Assembly: GCF_009914755.1 (NCBI RefSeq)
Contig: NC_060933.1
Source of the DNA: the human T2T-CHM13v2.0 reference genome, Homo sapiens
Reading direction: 5' to 3' (one strand)
DNA: 64,000 nucleotides
Shown: piece after piece, positions 14,851 through 29,549 of the stretch
How the letters are laid out: each line of letters begins with the position of its first letter
How positions within the stretch are numbered: the first letter of the stretch is position 1
Notes under the pieces: model-generated
Databases searched by the model: none
Seen by the model: only the letters and a program-made list of their open reading frames with translations
Told to the model about the DNA's origin: nothing
Program-made: the position numbers and the translations under genes

Positions 14851-17800
14851 ATTCCATTCCATTCCATTCCATTCCATTCCATTCCATTCCATTCCATGCC
14901 ATTCCACTCGGGTTGATTCCATTCCTTTCCATTCCATTGGAGTTGAACCCATTCCATTCCATTCCATTCCATTCCATTCCATTCCATTCCATTCCATTCC
15001 ATTGCTCACGGGTTCATTCCATCCAATTCCATTCCATTCCATTGCATTCCATTCCATTCCCTTCCATGCCATTTCACTCGGGTTTATTCCTTTCCTTTCC
15101 ATTCCATGCGGGTTGAATCCATTCCATTCCATTCCATTGCATTCCATTCCATTCCATTCCCCTGCAATCGGGTGGATTCCATTCTATTCCATTCCATTCC
15201 ATTCCATTCCATTCCATTCCATTCCATTCCATTCCATTTCGTTCCATTCCATTCTATTCCGTACCCTTCCATTCCATTCCATTCCATTCCATTCCATGCC
15301 ATGCCATTCCACTCGGGTTGATTCCATTGCTTTCCATTCCATTTGGGTTGAATCTAATCCATTCCATTCCATTCCATTTCATTCCATTGCACTAGGTTTG
15401 ATTCCATTTCACTGCATTCCATTCCATTCCATTCCATTAAATTCCATTCCACTCGGGTTGATTCCATTCCTTTCCATTCCATTGGTGTTGAATCCATTCC
15501 ATTCCATTCCATTACTTTCGATTCCATTCCATTGCACTCGGGTTGAACCCATTCCATTGGATTCCATTCCATTCCATTGCATTCCATTCCGTTCCTTTCC
15601 ATTCCATTACATTCGTATTGATTCTATTCACTTCCCTTACACTCCATTCCATTCCATTCCATTCGGGTTGTTTCCATTCCATTCCATTCCATTCCACTCC
15701 ATTCCATTGCAATCAGGTTGATTCCATTCCATTCCATTCCGTATGATTCCATTCCATTGCATTCCATTCCATTCCATTCCCCTGCACTCGGGTGGATTCC
15801 ATTCTATTCCATTCCATTCCATTCCACTCTATTCCATTCCATTCCATTCCATTCCATTCCATTCCAGTCCATTCCATTCTATTCGGGTTAATTTCATTCC
15901 ATTCCATTCCATTCCATTCCATTGCATTCCTTTCCATTCCATTGAAATCGAGTTGATTCCGTTTCATTCCATTCCATTCCATTCCATTCCATTGCATTCT
16001 ATTCCGGTTAATTCCATTCCATTCCATTCCATTCCATTCCCTTCCATTCCATTCCATTCCATTCTATTAGGGGTAATTCCATTCCATTCCATTCCATTAC
16101 ATTCCATTGCAATCGAGTTGATTCCATTCCATTCCATTCCATTCCATTCAATTCCGGATGATTGCATTCCATTGCCTTCCATTCCATTCCATTCCCCTGC
16201 ACTCGGGTTGATTCCATTCCATTCCTTTCCATTCCATTCCATTCCATTCCATTTCGTTTCATTCCGTTCTATTCCGTACCATTCCATTCCATTCCATTCC
16301 ATTTCATTCCATTCCATTCCATGCCATTCCACTCGGGTTGATTCCATTCCTTTCCATTCCATTCGACTTGAATCCATTCCATTCCATTCCATTCCATTCG
16401 ATTCCATTCCATTGCACACGGGTTCATTCCATTCCATTCCATTCCATTCCATTCCATTCCATTCCATTCCATTCCATTCCATTCCACTCGGGATGATTCC
16501 ATTCCTTTCCATTCCATTCAGGTTGAAACCATTCCATTCCATTCCATTCCTTTCGATTCCATTCCATTCCATTACATTCGGATTGATTCTATTCAATTCC
16601 CTTACACTCCATTACATTCCATTCCATTCGGGTTGTTTCCATTCCATTCCATTCCATTCCACTCCATTCCATTGCAATCGGGTTGATTCCATTCCATTCC
16701 ATTCCATTCCATTCCGTTCCATTCCATTCCATTCCATTCTGTTCAGGTTAATTCCATTCCATTCCATTCCCTTCCATTCCATTCCATTCCATCCAATTGC
16801 AATCGAGTTGATTCCATTGCATTCCATTCCATTCCATTCCATTCCATTCCATTGCATTCCATTCCATTAGATTCCATTCCATTGCATTCCATTCCATTCC
16901 ATTCCCCTGCACTCAGATTGAGTCCATTCCATCCCATTCCATTCCATTCCGTTCCATTCCATTCCATTCCATTCTATTCGCGTTAATTCCATTCCATTCC
17001 ATTACATTCCATTGCAATCGAGTTGATTCCATTCCATTCCGTTCCATTCCATTCCATTCCATTCCATTTCGTTCCATTCCATTCTATTCCGTACCATTCC
17101 ATTCCATTCCATTCCATTCCATTCCATTCCATGCCATTCCACTCGGGTTGATTCTATTGCTTTCCATTCCATTTGGGTTGAATCCAATCCATTCCATTCC
17201 ATTCCATTCCATTCCATTCCATTGCACTAGGTTTGATTCCATTCCACTGCATTCCATTCCATTCCATTCTGTTCCATTCCATTCCATTACATTCGGATTG
17301 ATTGTATTCAATTCCTTACACTCCATTACATTCCATTCCATTGGGGTTGTTTCCATTCCATTCCATTCCATTCCATTCCATTCCATTCCATTGCACTCAG
17401 GTTGATTCCATTCCATTCCATTCCATTCCATTCCATTCCATTCCATTTCGTTCCATTCCATTCTATTCCGTACCATTCCATTCCATTCCATTCCATTCCA
17501 TGCCATTCCACTCGGGTTTATTCCATTCCTTTCCATTCCATTCGGGTTGAATCCATTCCATTCCATTCCATTCCATTCCATTCCATTCCATTGCACTCGG
17601 GTTGATTCCATTCCATTCCCTGCCGTTCCATTTCATTCCATTCCATTCCATTCCATTGCATTCCATTCCATTCCGTTCCATTCCATTCCATTACATTCGG
17701 ATTGATTGTATTCAATTCCCTTACACTCCATTACATTCCATTCCATTCGTGTTGTTTCCGTTCCATTACATTCCCTTCCACTCCATTCCATTGCACTCAG

Positions 17801-19682
17801 GTTGATTCCATTCCATTCCATTCCATTCCATTCCATTCCATTCCATTCCATTCCATTTCGTTCCATTCCATTCTATTCCCTACCATTCCATTCCATTCCA
17901 TTCCATTCCATGCCAATCCACTCGGGTTTATTCCATTCCTTTCCATTCCATTCGGGTTGAATCCATTCCATTCCATTCCATTCCATTCCATTCCATTCCA
18001 TTCCCCTGCACTCGGTTGGATTCCATTCTATTCCATTCCATTCCATTCCATTCCATTCCATTCCATTCCATTCCATTCTATTCCATTCTATTCGGGTTAA
18101 TTTCATTCCATTCCCTTCCATTCCATTCCATTCCATTCCATTCCATTCCATTCCATTGAAATCGAGTTGATTCCATTCCATTCCATTCCATTCCATTCCA
18201 TTCCATTCTATTCGTGTTAACTCCATTCCATTCCATTCCATTCCATTCCCTTCCATTCCATTCCATTCCATTCCATTGCATTCCATTCCATTCCATTCTA
18301 TTAGGGTTAATTCCATTCCATTCCATTCCATTCCATTCCATTCCATTCCACTCCATTCCATGCCATTCCACTCGGGTTTATTCCATTCCTTTCCATTCCA
18401 TTCGGGTTGAGTCCATTCCATTCCATTCCATTCCATTCCATTCCATTCCATTCCATGCCATTGCACTCGGGTTGATTCCATTCCTTTCCATTCCATTCGA
18501 ATTGAACCCATTCCATTCCCTTCCATTCCATTCCATTCCATTCCATTCCATTGCTCACGGGTTCATTCCATTCCATTCCATTCCATTCCATTCCATTCCA
18601 TTCCATTTCGTTCCATTCCATTCTACTCCGTACCATTCCATTCCATTCCATTCCCTTCCATGCCATTTCACTCGGGTTTATTCCATTCCTTTCCATTCCA
18701 TTCGGGTTGAATCCATTCCATTCCATTCCATTCCATTCCATTGCGCTCGGGTTGATTCCATTCCATTCCATGCCATTCCATTTCATTCCGTTCCATTCCA
18801 TTCCATTCCTTTCCATTCCTTTCCTTTCAATTCCATTCCATTACATTCGGATTGATTCTTTTTTAATTCCCTTACACTCCATTACATTCCATTCCATTCG
18901 GGTACTTTCCATTCCATTCCATTCCATTCCACTGCATTCTATTGCACTCGGGTTGATTGATTCCATTAGATTGCATTCCATTCCATTCCATTCCCCTGCA
19001 CTCGGGTTGATCCCATTCCATTGCATTCCATTCCATTCCGTTCCATTCCATTCCATTCCATTCTGTTCAGGTTAATTCCATTCCATTCCATTCCATTCCA
19101 TTCCTTTCCATTCCATCCCATTGCAATCTAGTTGATTCCATTGCATTCCATTCCATTCCATTCCATTCCATTGCATTCCATTCTATTCCATTTCCCTGCA
19201 CTCAGATTGATTCCATTCCATCCCATTCCATTCCATTCCGTTCCATTCCATTCCATTCCATTCTATTCGCGTTAATTCCATTCCATTCCATTCCATTACA
19301 TTCCATTGCAATCGAGTTGATTCCATTCCATTCCGTTCCATTCCATTCCATTCCATTCCATTTCGTTCCATTCCATTCTATTCTGTACCATTCCATTCCA
19401 TTCCATTCCATTCCATTCCATTCCATTCCATTCCATGCCATTGCACTCGGGTTGATTCCATTGCTTTCCATTCCATTTGGGTTGAATCCAATCCATTCCA
19501 TTCCATTCCATTCCATTCCATTCCATTCCATTCCATTGCACTAGGTTTGATTCCATTCCGCTGCATTCCATTCCATTCCATTCCGTTCCATTCCATTCCA
19601 TTACATTCGGATTGACTGTATTCAATTCCCTTACATTCCATTACATTCCATTCCATTCGGGTTGTTTCCATTCCATTCCATT

Positions 19683-19690
19683 CCGTGTGC
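19683..19690. other. Strand-switch (inversion) breakpoint inside the satellite array
   Basis: Sequence reads GTTGTTTCCATTCCATTCCATT-CCGTGTGC-AATGGAATGG. CATTC repeats end and GAATG repeats begin with no foreign insert. Confidence 0.96.
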
Positions 19691-22075
19691 AATGGAATGG
19701 AATGGAATGGAATGGAATGGAATGGGTTCAACTAGAATGGAATGGAAAGGAATGGAATCAACCCGAGTGGAATGGCATGGAATGGAATGGAATGGAATGG
19801 AATGGAAAGCAATGGAATGAAATGGAATGGAAGGGAATGGATTGAAATGGAATGGAATGGAATGGAATCAACCCGAGTGCAATGTAATGGAATTGAATGG
19901 AATGGAATGGAATGCAATGGAATGAATTCAACCCGAATGGAATGGAAAGGAATGGAATAAACCCGAGTGGAATGGCATGGAATGGAGTGGAATGGAATGG
20001 AATGGAATACTACGGAAGAGAATGGAATGGAACGAAATGGAATGGAATGGAATGGAATGGAATGGAATGGAATGGAATGAACACGTGAGCAATTGAATGG
20101 AATCGAATGGAATAGAATGGAATGGTATGGATTCAACTCGAATGGAATGGAAAGGAATGGAATCAACCCGAGTGGAATGGCATGGAATGGAATGGAATGG
20201 AATGGAACGGAATGGAATGGAATCAACTCGATTGCAAAGGAATGTAATGGAATGGAATGGAACGGAATTAACGCAATTAGAATGGAATGGAAAGGAATGG
20301 AACGGAATGGAATGGAAAGAAATGGAATGGAATCAATCTGAGTGCAGGGGAATGCAATGGAATGGAATGCAATGGAATGGAATGGAATGGAATGCAATGG
20401 AATCACCTCGATTGCAATGGGATGGAATGGAATGGAATGGAATGGAAGGGAATGGAATGGAATGGAATTAACCTGAACAGAATGGAATGGAATGGAATGG
20501 AATGGAATGGAATGCAATGGAATGGAATCAATCAACCCGAGTGCAATAGAATGCAGTGGAATGGAATGGAATGGAATGGAATGGAATGGAATGGAATGGA
20601 ATGAAATGGAATGGCAGGGAATGGAATGGAATCAACCCGAGTGCAAAGGAATGGAATGGAAAGGAATGGAATGGAATGGAATGGAATGGATTCAACCCGA
20701 ATGGAATGGAAAGGAATGGAATAAACCTGAGTGGAATCGCATGGAATGGAATGGAATGGAATGGAATGGAATGGTACGGAATAGAATGGAATGGAAAGTA
20801 ATGGAATGGAATGGAATGGAATGGAATGGAATCAACCTGAGTGCAATGGAATGGAGTGGAATGGAATGTAATGGAATGGAAACAACCCGAATGGAATGGA
20901 ATGTAACGGAGTGTAAGGGAATTGAATACAATCAATCCGAATGTAATGGAATGGAATGGAACGGAATGGAATGGAATGGAATGCAGTGGAATGGAATCAA
21001 ACCTAGTGCAATGGAATGGAATGGAATGGAATGGAATGAAATGGAATGGAATAGAATGGAATGGAATGGAATGGATTGGATCCAACCAAAATGGAATGGA
21101 AAGCAATGGAATCAACCCGAGTGGAATGGCATGGAATGGAATGGAATGGAATGGTACAGAATAGAATGGAATGGAATGAAATGGAATGGAATGGAATGGA
21201 ATGGAACGGAATGGAATGGAATCAACTCGATTGCAATGGAATGTAATGGAATGGAATGGAATGGAATTAACGCGAATAGAATGGAATGGAATGTAATGGA
21301 ACGGAATGGAATGGAATGGGATGGAATGGAATCAATCTGAGTGCAGGGGAATGGAATGGAATGGAATGCAATGGAATGGAATGGAATGGAATGGAATGCA
21401 ATGGAATCAACTAGATTGCAATGGGATGGAATGGAATGGAATGGAATGGAAGGGAATGTAATGGAATGGAATTAACCTGAACAGAATGGAATGGAATGGA
21501 ATGGAACGGAATGGAAGGGAATGGAATGGAATGGAATTAAGCTGAAGAGAATGGAATGGAATGGAATGGAACGGAATGGAATGGAATGGAATGGAATGGA
21601 ATGCAATGGAATGGGATCAACCCGAGTGCAGGGGAATGGAATGGAATGGAATGCAATGGAATGGAATCAATCAACCCGAGTGCAATAGAATGCAGTGGAA
21701 TGGAATGGAATGGAATGGAAAGTACCCGAATGGAAAGGAATGTAATGGAGTGTAAGGGAATTAAAAAGAATCAATCCGAATGTAATGGAATGGAAGGGAA
21801 CGGAATGGAATGGAATGGAATGGAATGGAATGGAATGGAATGAAATGGAATGGCATGGAATGGAATGGAATCAACCTGAGTTCAATGGAATGGAATGGAA
21901 TGGAATGGAATGGATTCAACCCGAATGGAATGGAAAGGAATGGAATAAACCCGAGTGAAATGGCATGGAAGGGAATGGAATGGAATGGAATGGTAAGGAA
22001 TAGAATGGAATGGAACGAAATGGAAAGGAATGGAATGGAATGGAATGGAATGGAATGGAATGGAATGGAATGAAC

Positions 22076-23000
22076 CCGTGTGCAATGGAATGGAATGGAA
22101 TGGAATGGAATGGAATGGAATGGAATGGAATGGGTTCAACTAGAATGGAATGGAAAGGAATGGAATCAACCCGAGTGGAATGGCATGGAATGGAATGGAA
22201 AGGAATGGAATGGAATGGAATGGAATGGAATGGAATGAAATGGAATGGAAGGGAATGGATTGAAATGGAATGGAATGGAATGGAATCAACCCGAGTGCAA
22301 TGTAATGGAATTGAATGGAATGGAATGGAATGGAATGGAATGAATTCAACCCGGATGGAATGGAAAGGAATGGAATAAACCCGAGTGGAATGGCATGGAA
22401 TGGATTGGAATGGAATGGAATGTAATACTACGGAAGAGAATGGAATGGAACGAAATGGAATGGAATGGAATGGAATGGAATGGAATGAACACGTGAGCAA
22501 TGGAATGGAATCGAATGGAATGGAATGGAATGGAATGGATTCAACTCGAATGGAATGGAAAGGAATGGAATCAACCCGAGTGGAATGGCATGGAATGGAA
22601 TGGAATGGAATGGAATGGAACGGAATGGAATGGAATCAACTCGATTGCAAAGGAATGTAATGGAATGGAATGGAACGGAATTAACGCAAATAGAATGGAA
22701 TGGAAAGGAATGGAAAGGAATGGAATGGAAAGGAATGGAATGGAATCAATCTGAGTGCAGGGGAATGGAATGGAATGGAGTGCAATGGAATGGAATGGAA
22801 TGGAATGCAATGGAATCACCTCGATTGCAATGGGATGGAATGGAATGGAATGGAATGGAAGGGAATGGAATGGAAGGGAATGGAATTGAATGGAATTAAC
22901 CTGAACAGAATGGAATGGAATGGTATGGAATGGAATGGAATGGAATCAATTAACGCGAGTGCAATAGAATGCAGTGGAATGGAATGGAATGGAATGGAAA
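22076..23000 (-). repeat. Direct paralog of the segment that starts at the inversion breakpoint (19683-~20580), offset ~2.4 kb
   Basis: TTCAACTAGAAT, GGATTGAAAT, TACTACGGAAGAG, AACACGTGAGC, TTGCAAAGG and ATCACCTCG all recur at about +2408 to +2418. Confidence 0.87.
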
Positions 23001-23160
23001 GTACCCGAATGGAATGGAATGGAATGGAGTGTAAGGGAATTAAAAAGAATCAATCCGAATGTAATGGAATGGAATTGAAAGGAAACGAATGGAATGGAAT
23101 GGAATGGAATGGAATGGAATGAAATGGAATGGCATAGAATGGAATGGAATCAACCCGAGC

Positions 23161-23560
23161 GCAATGGAATGGAATGGAATGGAATGGAATGGAATGGAAT
23201 GGATTCAACCCGAATGGAATGGAAAGGAATGGAATAAACCCGAGTGAAATGGCATGGAAGGGAATGGAATGGAATGGAATGGTACGGAGTAGAATGGAAT
23301 GGAACGAAATGGAATGGAATGGAATGGAATGGAATGGAATGGAATGAACCCGTGAGCAATGGAATGGAATGGAATGGAATGGAATGGAATGGAATGGAAT
23401 GGATTCAACCCGAATGGAATGGAAAGGAATGGAATAAACCCGAGTGAAATGGCATGGAAGGGAATGGAATGGAATGGAATGGTACGGAGTAGAATGGAAT
23501 GGAACGAAATGGAATGGAATGGAATGGAATGGAATGGAATGGAATGAACCCGTGAGCAAT
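23161..23560 (-). repeat. 200-bp tandem duplication
   Basis: GGATTCAACC at 23201/23401, GGTACGGAGTAG at 23281/23481 and CGTGAGC at 23351/23551. Confidence 0.92.
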
Positions 23561-25899
23561 GGAATGGAATGGAATGGAATGGAATGGAATGGGTTCAATT
23601 CGAATGGAATGGAAAGGAATGGAATCAACCCGAGTGCAATGGCATGGAATGGAATGGAATGGAATGGAATGGAATGGAATGGAATGGAATGGATTCAACC
23701 CAAATGGAATGGAAAGGAATGGAATAAACCCGAGTGGAATGGCATGGAATGGAGTGGAATGGAATGGAATGGAATGGAATGGAATGGAATGGAATTAACC
23801 CTAATAGAATGGAATGGAATGGAATGGAATGGAATAGAAGGGAATGGAATGGAATGGAATGGAATGGAATTAACCCGAATAGAATGGAATGGAATGGAAT
23901 GGAATGGAATGGAATGGAATCAACTCGATTTCAATGGAATGGAATGGAATGGAAGGGAATGGAATGGAATGGAATGAAATTAACCCGAATAGAATGGAAT
24001 GGAATGGAATGGAATGGAATGGAATGGAATGGAATAGAATGTAATCCAACCGAGTGCAGGGGAATGGAATGGAATGGAATGCAATGGAATGGAATCATAC
24101 GGAATGGAATGGAATGGAATGGAATGCAATGGAATGGAATGGAATCAACCCGATTGCAATGGAATGGAGTGGAATGGAATGGAATGGAATGGAAACAACC
24201 CGAATGGAATGGAATGGAAAGGAATCGAATGGAATCAACCTGAGTGCAGTGGAATGGAATGGAATGGAATGCAATGGAATGTAATGGAATGGAATGCAAT
24301 GGAATCAACCCGAGTGCAATGTAATGGAATCGAATGGAATGGAATGGAATGGAATGGATTCAACCCGAATGGAATGGAAAGGAATGGAATAAACCCGAGT
24401 GGAATGGCATGGATTGGAGTGGAATGGAATGGAATGGAATAGAATGGAATGGTACGGTATAGAATGTAATGGAACGAAATGGAATGGAATGGAATGGAAT
24501 GGAATGGAATCAAACCGAGTGCAGGGGAATGGAATGGAATTGAAGGCAATGGAATGGAATCATCCGGAATTGAATGGAATGGAATGGAATCAACTCGATT
24601 GCAATGGAATGGAATGGAATGGCATGGAATGGAATGGAATGGAATGCAATGCAATGGAATGCAATGGAATGGAATGGAATTAACCCGAATAGAATGGAAT
24701 GGAATGGAATGGAAGTAAATGGAATGGAAGGTAATGAACCCGAGTGCAGGGGAATGGAATGGAATGGAATGCAATGGAATGGAGTCATCCGGAATGGAAC
24801 GGAAAGGAATGGAATGGAACCAACCCGTGTGCAATGGAATTGAAAGGAATGGAATGGAATGGAATGGAATGGAATGGAATGGAATGGATTCAACCCGAAT
24901 GGAATGGAAAGGAAGGGAATCAACCCAAGTGGAATGGCATGGAATGGAATAGATTGGAATGGAATGGAATGGAATGCTACCGAATAGAATGGAATGGAAC
25001 GAAATGGAGTAGAATGGAATGGAATGGAATGCAATCAACCCGAGTGCAATGGAATGGAGTGGAATGGATTGGAATGGAATGGAAACAACCTGAATGGAAT
25101 GGAATGAAATGGAGTGTAAGGGAATTGAATACAATCAAACCGAATGTAATGGAATGGAATGGAACGGAATGGAATGGAATGGAATGGAATGGAATGCAGT
25201 GGAATGGAATCAAACCTAGTGCAATGGAATGGAATGGAATAAAATGGAATGGAATGGAATGGAATGGAATCAATTCGATTGCAATGGAATGGAATGGAAT
25301 GGAATGGAATGGAATGGGTTCAACTCGAATGGAATGGAAAGGAATGGAATCAACCCGAGTGGAATGGCATGGAATGGAATGCAATGGAATGGAATGGAAT
25401 GGAATGGAATGCAATGGAATGGAATGGAATGCAATGGAATCAACCCGAGTGCTATGTAATGGAATTGAATGGAATGGAATGGAATGGAATGGAATGGATT
25501 CAACCCGAATGGAATGGAAAGGAATGGAATAAACCCGAGTGGAATGGCATGGAATGGAGTGGAATGGAATGGAATGGAATGGAATGGAATGGAATGGAAT
25601 GGAATGGTACGGAATATAATGGAATGGAACGAAATGGAATGTAATGTAATGGAATGGAATGGAATGGAATGAACCCGTGTGCAATGGAATGGAATGGAAA
25701 GGAATGGAATGGAATGGAATGAACCCGTGTGCAATGGAATGGAATCGAATGGAATGGAATGGAATGGAATGGATTCAAGTCGAATGGAATGGAAAGGAAT
25801 GGAATCAACCCGAGTGGAATGGCATGGAATGGAATGGAATGAAATGGAATGGAATGGAATGGTACGGAATAGAACGGAATGAAACGAAATGGAATGGAA

Positions 25900-26325
25900 T
25901 GGAATGGAATGGAATGGAATGGAATGGAATGGAATGGAAAGGAATGGAATGGAATCAACCCGAGTGCAGGTGAATGGAATGGAATGGAAGGCAATGGAAT
26001 GCAATCATCCGGAATTGAATGGAATGGAATGGAATGGAATGGAATCAACTCGATTGCAATGGAATGTAATGGAATGGAATGGAATGGAATTAACCCTAAT
26101 AGAATGGAATGGAATGGAATGGAATGGAATGGAATGGAATGGAAAGGAATGGAATGGAATCAACCCGAGTGCAGGTGAATGGAATGGAATGGAAGGCAAT
26201 GGAATGCAATCATCCGGAATTGAATGGAATGGAATGGAATGGAATGGAATCAACTCGATTGCAATGGAATGTAATGGAATGCAATGGAATGGAATTAACC
26301 CTAATAGAATGGAATGGAATGGAAT
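25900..26325 (-). repeat. 205-bp tandem duplication
   Basis: Rare GTGCAGGTGAAT and GCAATCATCCGGAATTG recur at an offset of 205 (26001/26206). Confidence 0.9.
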
Positions 26326-28309
26326 GGAAGGGAATGGAATGGAATGGAATGGAATGGAATTAACCGGAATAGAATGCAATGGAATGGAATGGAATGGAAA
26401 GGAATGGAATGGAATGAAATGGAATCAACTCGATTTCAATGGAATGGAATGGAATGGAATGGAATGGAATGGAATGGAATGGAATGAAATTAACCCGAAT
26501 AGAATGGAATGGAATGGAATGGAATGGAATGGAATGGAATGGAATAGAGTGGAATGGAATGGAATGGAATAGAATGGAATCCACCCGAGTGCAGGGGAAT
26601 GGAATGGAATGGAATGCATTGGAATGGAATCATACGGAATGGAATGGAATGGAATGGAATGGAATCAACCCGATTGCAATGGAATGGAGTGGAATGGAAT
26701 GGAATGGAATAGAAACAACCCGAATGGAATGGAATGGAATGGAATGGAGTGTAAGGGAATTGAATAGAATCAATACGAATGTAATGGAATGGAATGGAAC
26801 GGAATGGAATGCAATGGAATGGAATGGAATCCAATGGAATGGGTTCAACCCGAGTGCAATGGAATGGAATCGAAAGTAATGGAATGGAATGGAATGGATT
26901 CAACACGAATGGAATGGAAAGGAATGGAATCAACCCGAGTGGAATGGAATTTAATGGAATGGAATGGAATGGAATGCAGTGAAATGGAATCAAACCTAGT
27001 GTAATGGAATGGAATGGAATGGAATGGAATGGAATGGAATGGAATGGATTAAATTCAACCCAAATGGAATGGAAAGCAATGGAATCAACCCGAGTGGAAT
27101 GGCATGGAATGGAATGGAATGGAATGGAATGGAAAGGTACGGAATAGAATGGAATGGAACGAAATGGAATGGAATGGGATGGAATGGAATGGAATGGAAT
27201 GGAATGGAATAGAATGGAATCCACCCGATTACAGGGGAATGGAATGGAATGGAATGCAAAGGAATGGAATGGAATGGATTCAACCCGAATGGAATGGAAA
27301 GGAAAGGAATAATCCCGAGTGAAATGGCATGGAAGGGAATGGAATGGAATGGAATCGTACGGAGTAGAATGGAATGGAACGAAATGGAATGGAATGGAAT
27401 GGAATGGAATGGAATGGAATGAACCCGTGAGCAATGGAATGGAATGGAATGGAATGGAATGGAATGGAATTTGCTCAACTCGAATGGAATGGAAAGGAAT
27501 GGAATCAACCCGAGTGGAATGGCATGGAATGGAATGGAATGGAATGGAATGGAATGGAATGGAATGGAATGGAATGGATTCAACCCGAATGGAATGGAAA
27601 GGAATGGAATAAACCCGAGTGGAATGGCATGGAACGGAGTGGAATGGAATGGAATGGAAGGGAATGGTACGGAATAGAATGGAATGGAACGAAATGGAAT
27701 GGAATGGAACGGAATGGAATGGAATGGAATGGAATGGAATGAACCCGTGTGCAATTGAATGGAATCGAATGGAATGGAATGCAATGGAATGGATTCAACT
27801 AGAATGGAATGGAAAGGAATGGAATCAACCCGAGTGGAATGGCATGGTATGGAATGGAATGGAATGGAATGGAATGGAAAGGTACGGAATAGAATGGAAT
27901 GGAACGAAATGGAATGGAATGGAATGGAATGAATGGAATGGAATGGAATAGAATGGAATCCACCCGATTGCAGGGGAATGGAATGGAACGGAATGCAATG
28001 GAATGGAATGGAATGGATTCAACCCGAATGGAATGGAAAGGAATGGAATCAACCCGAGTGGAATGGCATGGAATGGAATGGAATGGAATGGAATAGTACG
28101 GAATAGAATGGAATGGAACGAAATGGAATGGAATGGAATCAACCTGAGTGCAATGGAATGGAGTGGAATGGAATGTAATGGAACGGAAACAACCCGAATG
28201 GAATGGAATGTAATGGAGTTTAAGGGAATTGAATACAATCAATCCGAATGTAATGGAATGGAATGGAACGGAACGGAATGGAATGGAATGGAATGGAATG
28301 GAATGGAAT

Positions 28310-29490
28310 GGAATGGAATGAAATGGAATGGCAGGGAATGGAATGGAATCAACCTGAGTGCAAAGGAATGGAATGGAATGGAATGGAAGGGAATGGAATG
28401 GAATGGATTCAATCCGAATGGAATGGAAAGGAATGTAATAAACCTGAGTGGAATGGCATGGAATGGAATGGAATGGAATGGAATGGTACGGAATAGAATG
28501 GAATGGAACGAAATGGAATGGAATGGAATGGAATGGAATGGAATCAACCTGAGTGCAATGGAATGGAGTGGAATGGAATGAAATGGAATGGAAACAACCC
28601 GAATGGAATGGAATGTAATGGAGTGTAAGGGAATTGAATACAATCAATCCGAATGTAATGGAATGGAATGGAACGGAATGGAATGGAATGGAATGCCGTG
28701 GAATGTAATCAAACCTAGTGCAATGGAATGGAATGGAATGGAATGGAATGGAATGGAATGGATTGGATTCAACCCAAATGGAATGCAAAGCAATGGAATC
28801 AACCCGAGTGGAATGGCATGGAATGGAATGGAATGGAATGGAATGGAATGGAATGGAATGGTACAGAATAAAATGGAATGGAACGAAATGGAATGGAATG
28901 GAATGGAATGGAACGGAATGGAATGGAATCAACTCGATTGCAATGGAATGTAATGGAATGGAATGGAATGGAATTAACGCGAATAGAATGGAATGGAATG
29001 GAATGGAACGGAATGGAATGGAATGGGATGGAATGCAATCAATCTGAGTGCAGGTGAATGGAATGGAATGGAATGCAATGGAATGGAATGGAATGGAATG
29101 GAATGCAATGGAATCAACTAGATTGCAATGGGATGGAATGGAATGGAATGGAATGGAAGGGAATGGAATGGAATGGAATTAACCTGAACAGAATGGAATG
29201 GAATGGAATGGAACGGAATGGAAGGGAATGGAATGGAATGGAATTAACCTGAACAGAATGGAATGGAATGGAATGGAACGGAATGGAATGGAATGGAATG
29301 GAATGGAATGGAATGCAATGAAATGGGATCAACCCGAGTGCAGGGGAATGGAATGGAATGGAATGCAATGGAATGGAATCAATGAACCCGAGTGCAATAG
29401 AATGCAGTGGAATGGAATGGAATGGAATGGAAAGTACCCGAATGGAATGGAATGGAATGGAGTGTAAGGGAATTAAAAAGAATCAATCCG
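28310..29490 (-). repeat. Direct paralog of ~20590-21790 (offset ~7.7 kb)
   Basis: GGCAGGG, GTGCAAAGG, GGTACAGAATA, CAACTAGATTGC, the doubled TTAACCTGAACAG motif and AAAGTACCCG recur in the same order. Confidence 0.82.
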
Positions 29491-29549
29491 AATGTAATGT
29501 AATGGAATGGAATGGAATGGAATGGAATGGAATTGAATGGAATGGAATG

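Larger units (their letters stand above)
1..19684 (+). repeat. Satellite III (HSat3) array, C-rich (CATTC)n strand on +
   Basis: Continuous ATTCC pentamers with 1-nt variants, interrupted every ~30-100 bp by ACTCGGGTTG / ATTCGGGTT(A/G) / GCAATCGAGTTG spacers. This is the established SatIII signature (pentamer plus A(C/T)TCGGGTTG decamer). Confidence 0.98.

Noticed and set aside
19676-19700. HSE created by the inversion junction
   Set aside because: TTC (19681) and the first GAA (19695) are 11 nt apart, not the 2 nt required.
20920-20935. DUX4-like motif in TGAATACAATCA / GAATATAATCA
   Set aside because: It mismatches the TAA start of the DUX4 consensus, and DUX4 binding is associated mainly with HSat2.
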